64,000 nt of DNA from Diretmus argenteus (taxonomy: Eukaryota): NCBI GenBank assembly GCA_048569125.1, contig CM109057.1:34878381-34942380 (forward strand). Direction: 5' to 3'. The notes beneath the pieces are model-generated. The model did no database searches. It was not told where the DNA came from and saw nothing but the letters and a program-made list of their open reading frames with translations. Below, one piece after another: positions 63,511 to 64,000 of the stretch (positions are counted from its first letter, which is position 1; every line of letters starts with the position of its first letter). Position numbers and translations under genes: made by a program.

Positions 63511-64000
63511 CCCCCCCCCTTGTGTTTGTCTGTATTTCAATGTCCAGTGTTTTTTCCATCATAATTGATATATTTTGGGTGAGACCAGACTATATCTCTC
63601 CTGTCCAGATTAAACTTCCTTGTGTTCTTCATAAATAAGGCAAATCGGGGGAATAATAGACTGGATTTAGTATTAAGTAATGGAAAAAATACAATTACAA
63701 ATTTAGAAATTGGTGAAACATTACGAAATAGCGATTACAAAGTCATCAGATTTGACCTTAACTTAACAAATGAGAAGAAAGGAAATAATAGAATTGTAAC
63801 AGACTTCAGAAAAGCAAATTTTAAAGGTTTAAGAGACACTCAGAAACCAGTTCTGTTTTGAACTCAGTGGTTCTGGCTAAACTATTTAATTTAAATTAAA
63901 AAAACACACTCAGATATTAAACTTTGATTATATTTCTCACGCTATGACACAACTTTATAAACTAAAATACACAGTTTTAAATCCAGTTTATTATTCCCCT

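Overview
This window is vertebrate nuclear DNA, and its repeat content and gene families point to a teleost fish. It is not a prokaryotic locus and contains no CRISPR array or operon structure. Three things dominate it. (1) A tandem cluster of three apolipoprotein L (APOL)-like genes lies on the minus strand at ~4.1-6.5 kb, ~17.9-22.8 kb and ~40.0-41.4 kb. They sit in segmentally duplicated units (~1.4-7.7 kb matching ~15.8-23.2 kb, with further partial copies at 38.7-39.3, 41.3-42.4 and 44.1-46.1 kb). The paralogues show clear structural divergence: a 24-bp minisatellite has expanded inside one coding exon, two genes carry long K/E-rich low-complexity tails, one intron is present in two genes and absent in the third, and a LINE fragment sits inside an intron. 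(2) A second minus-strand gene is built from many short exons bounded by canonical splice sites that alternate between two motif classes. Exons are seen at ~46-61.6 kb, with similar exons at ~28.3-29.6 kb. I do not recognise the product. (3) Interspersed and tandem repeats are dense: two CR1/Rex-like reverse-transcriptase ORFs, L2-like LINE fragments, an LTR-retrotransposon gag-pol fragment, tRNA-related SINEs, at least three MITE families with recognisable terminal inverted repeats or long palindromes, and many micro-, mini- and satellite arrays (41-bp x ~40, 20-bp x ~70, 32-bp x ~12, 30-bp x ~14). Exon coordinates were derived by hand from the splice-site consensus and reading-frame continuity, and no RNA or protein evidence was available.
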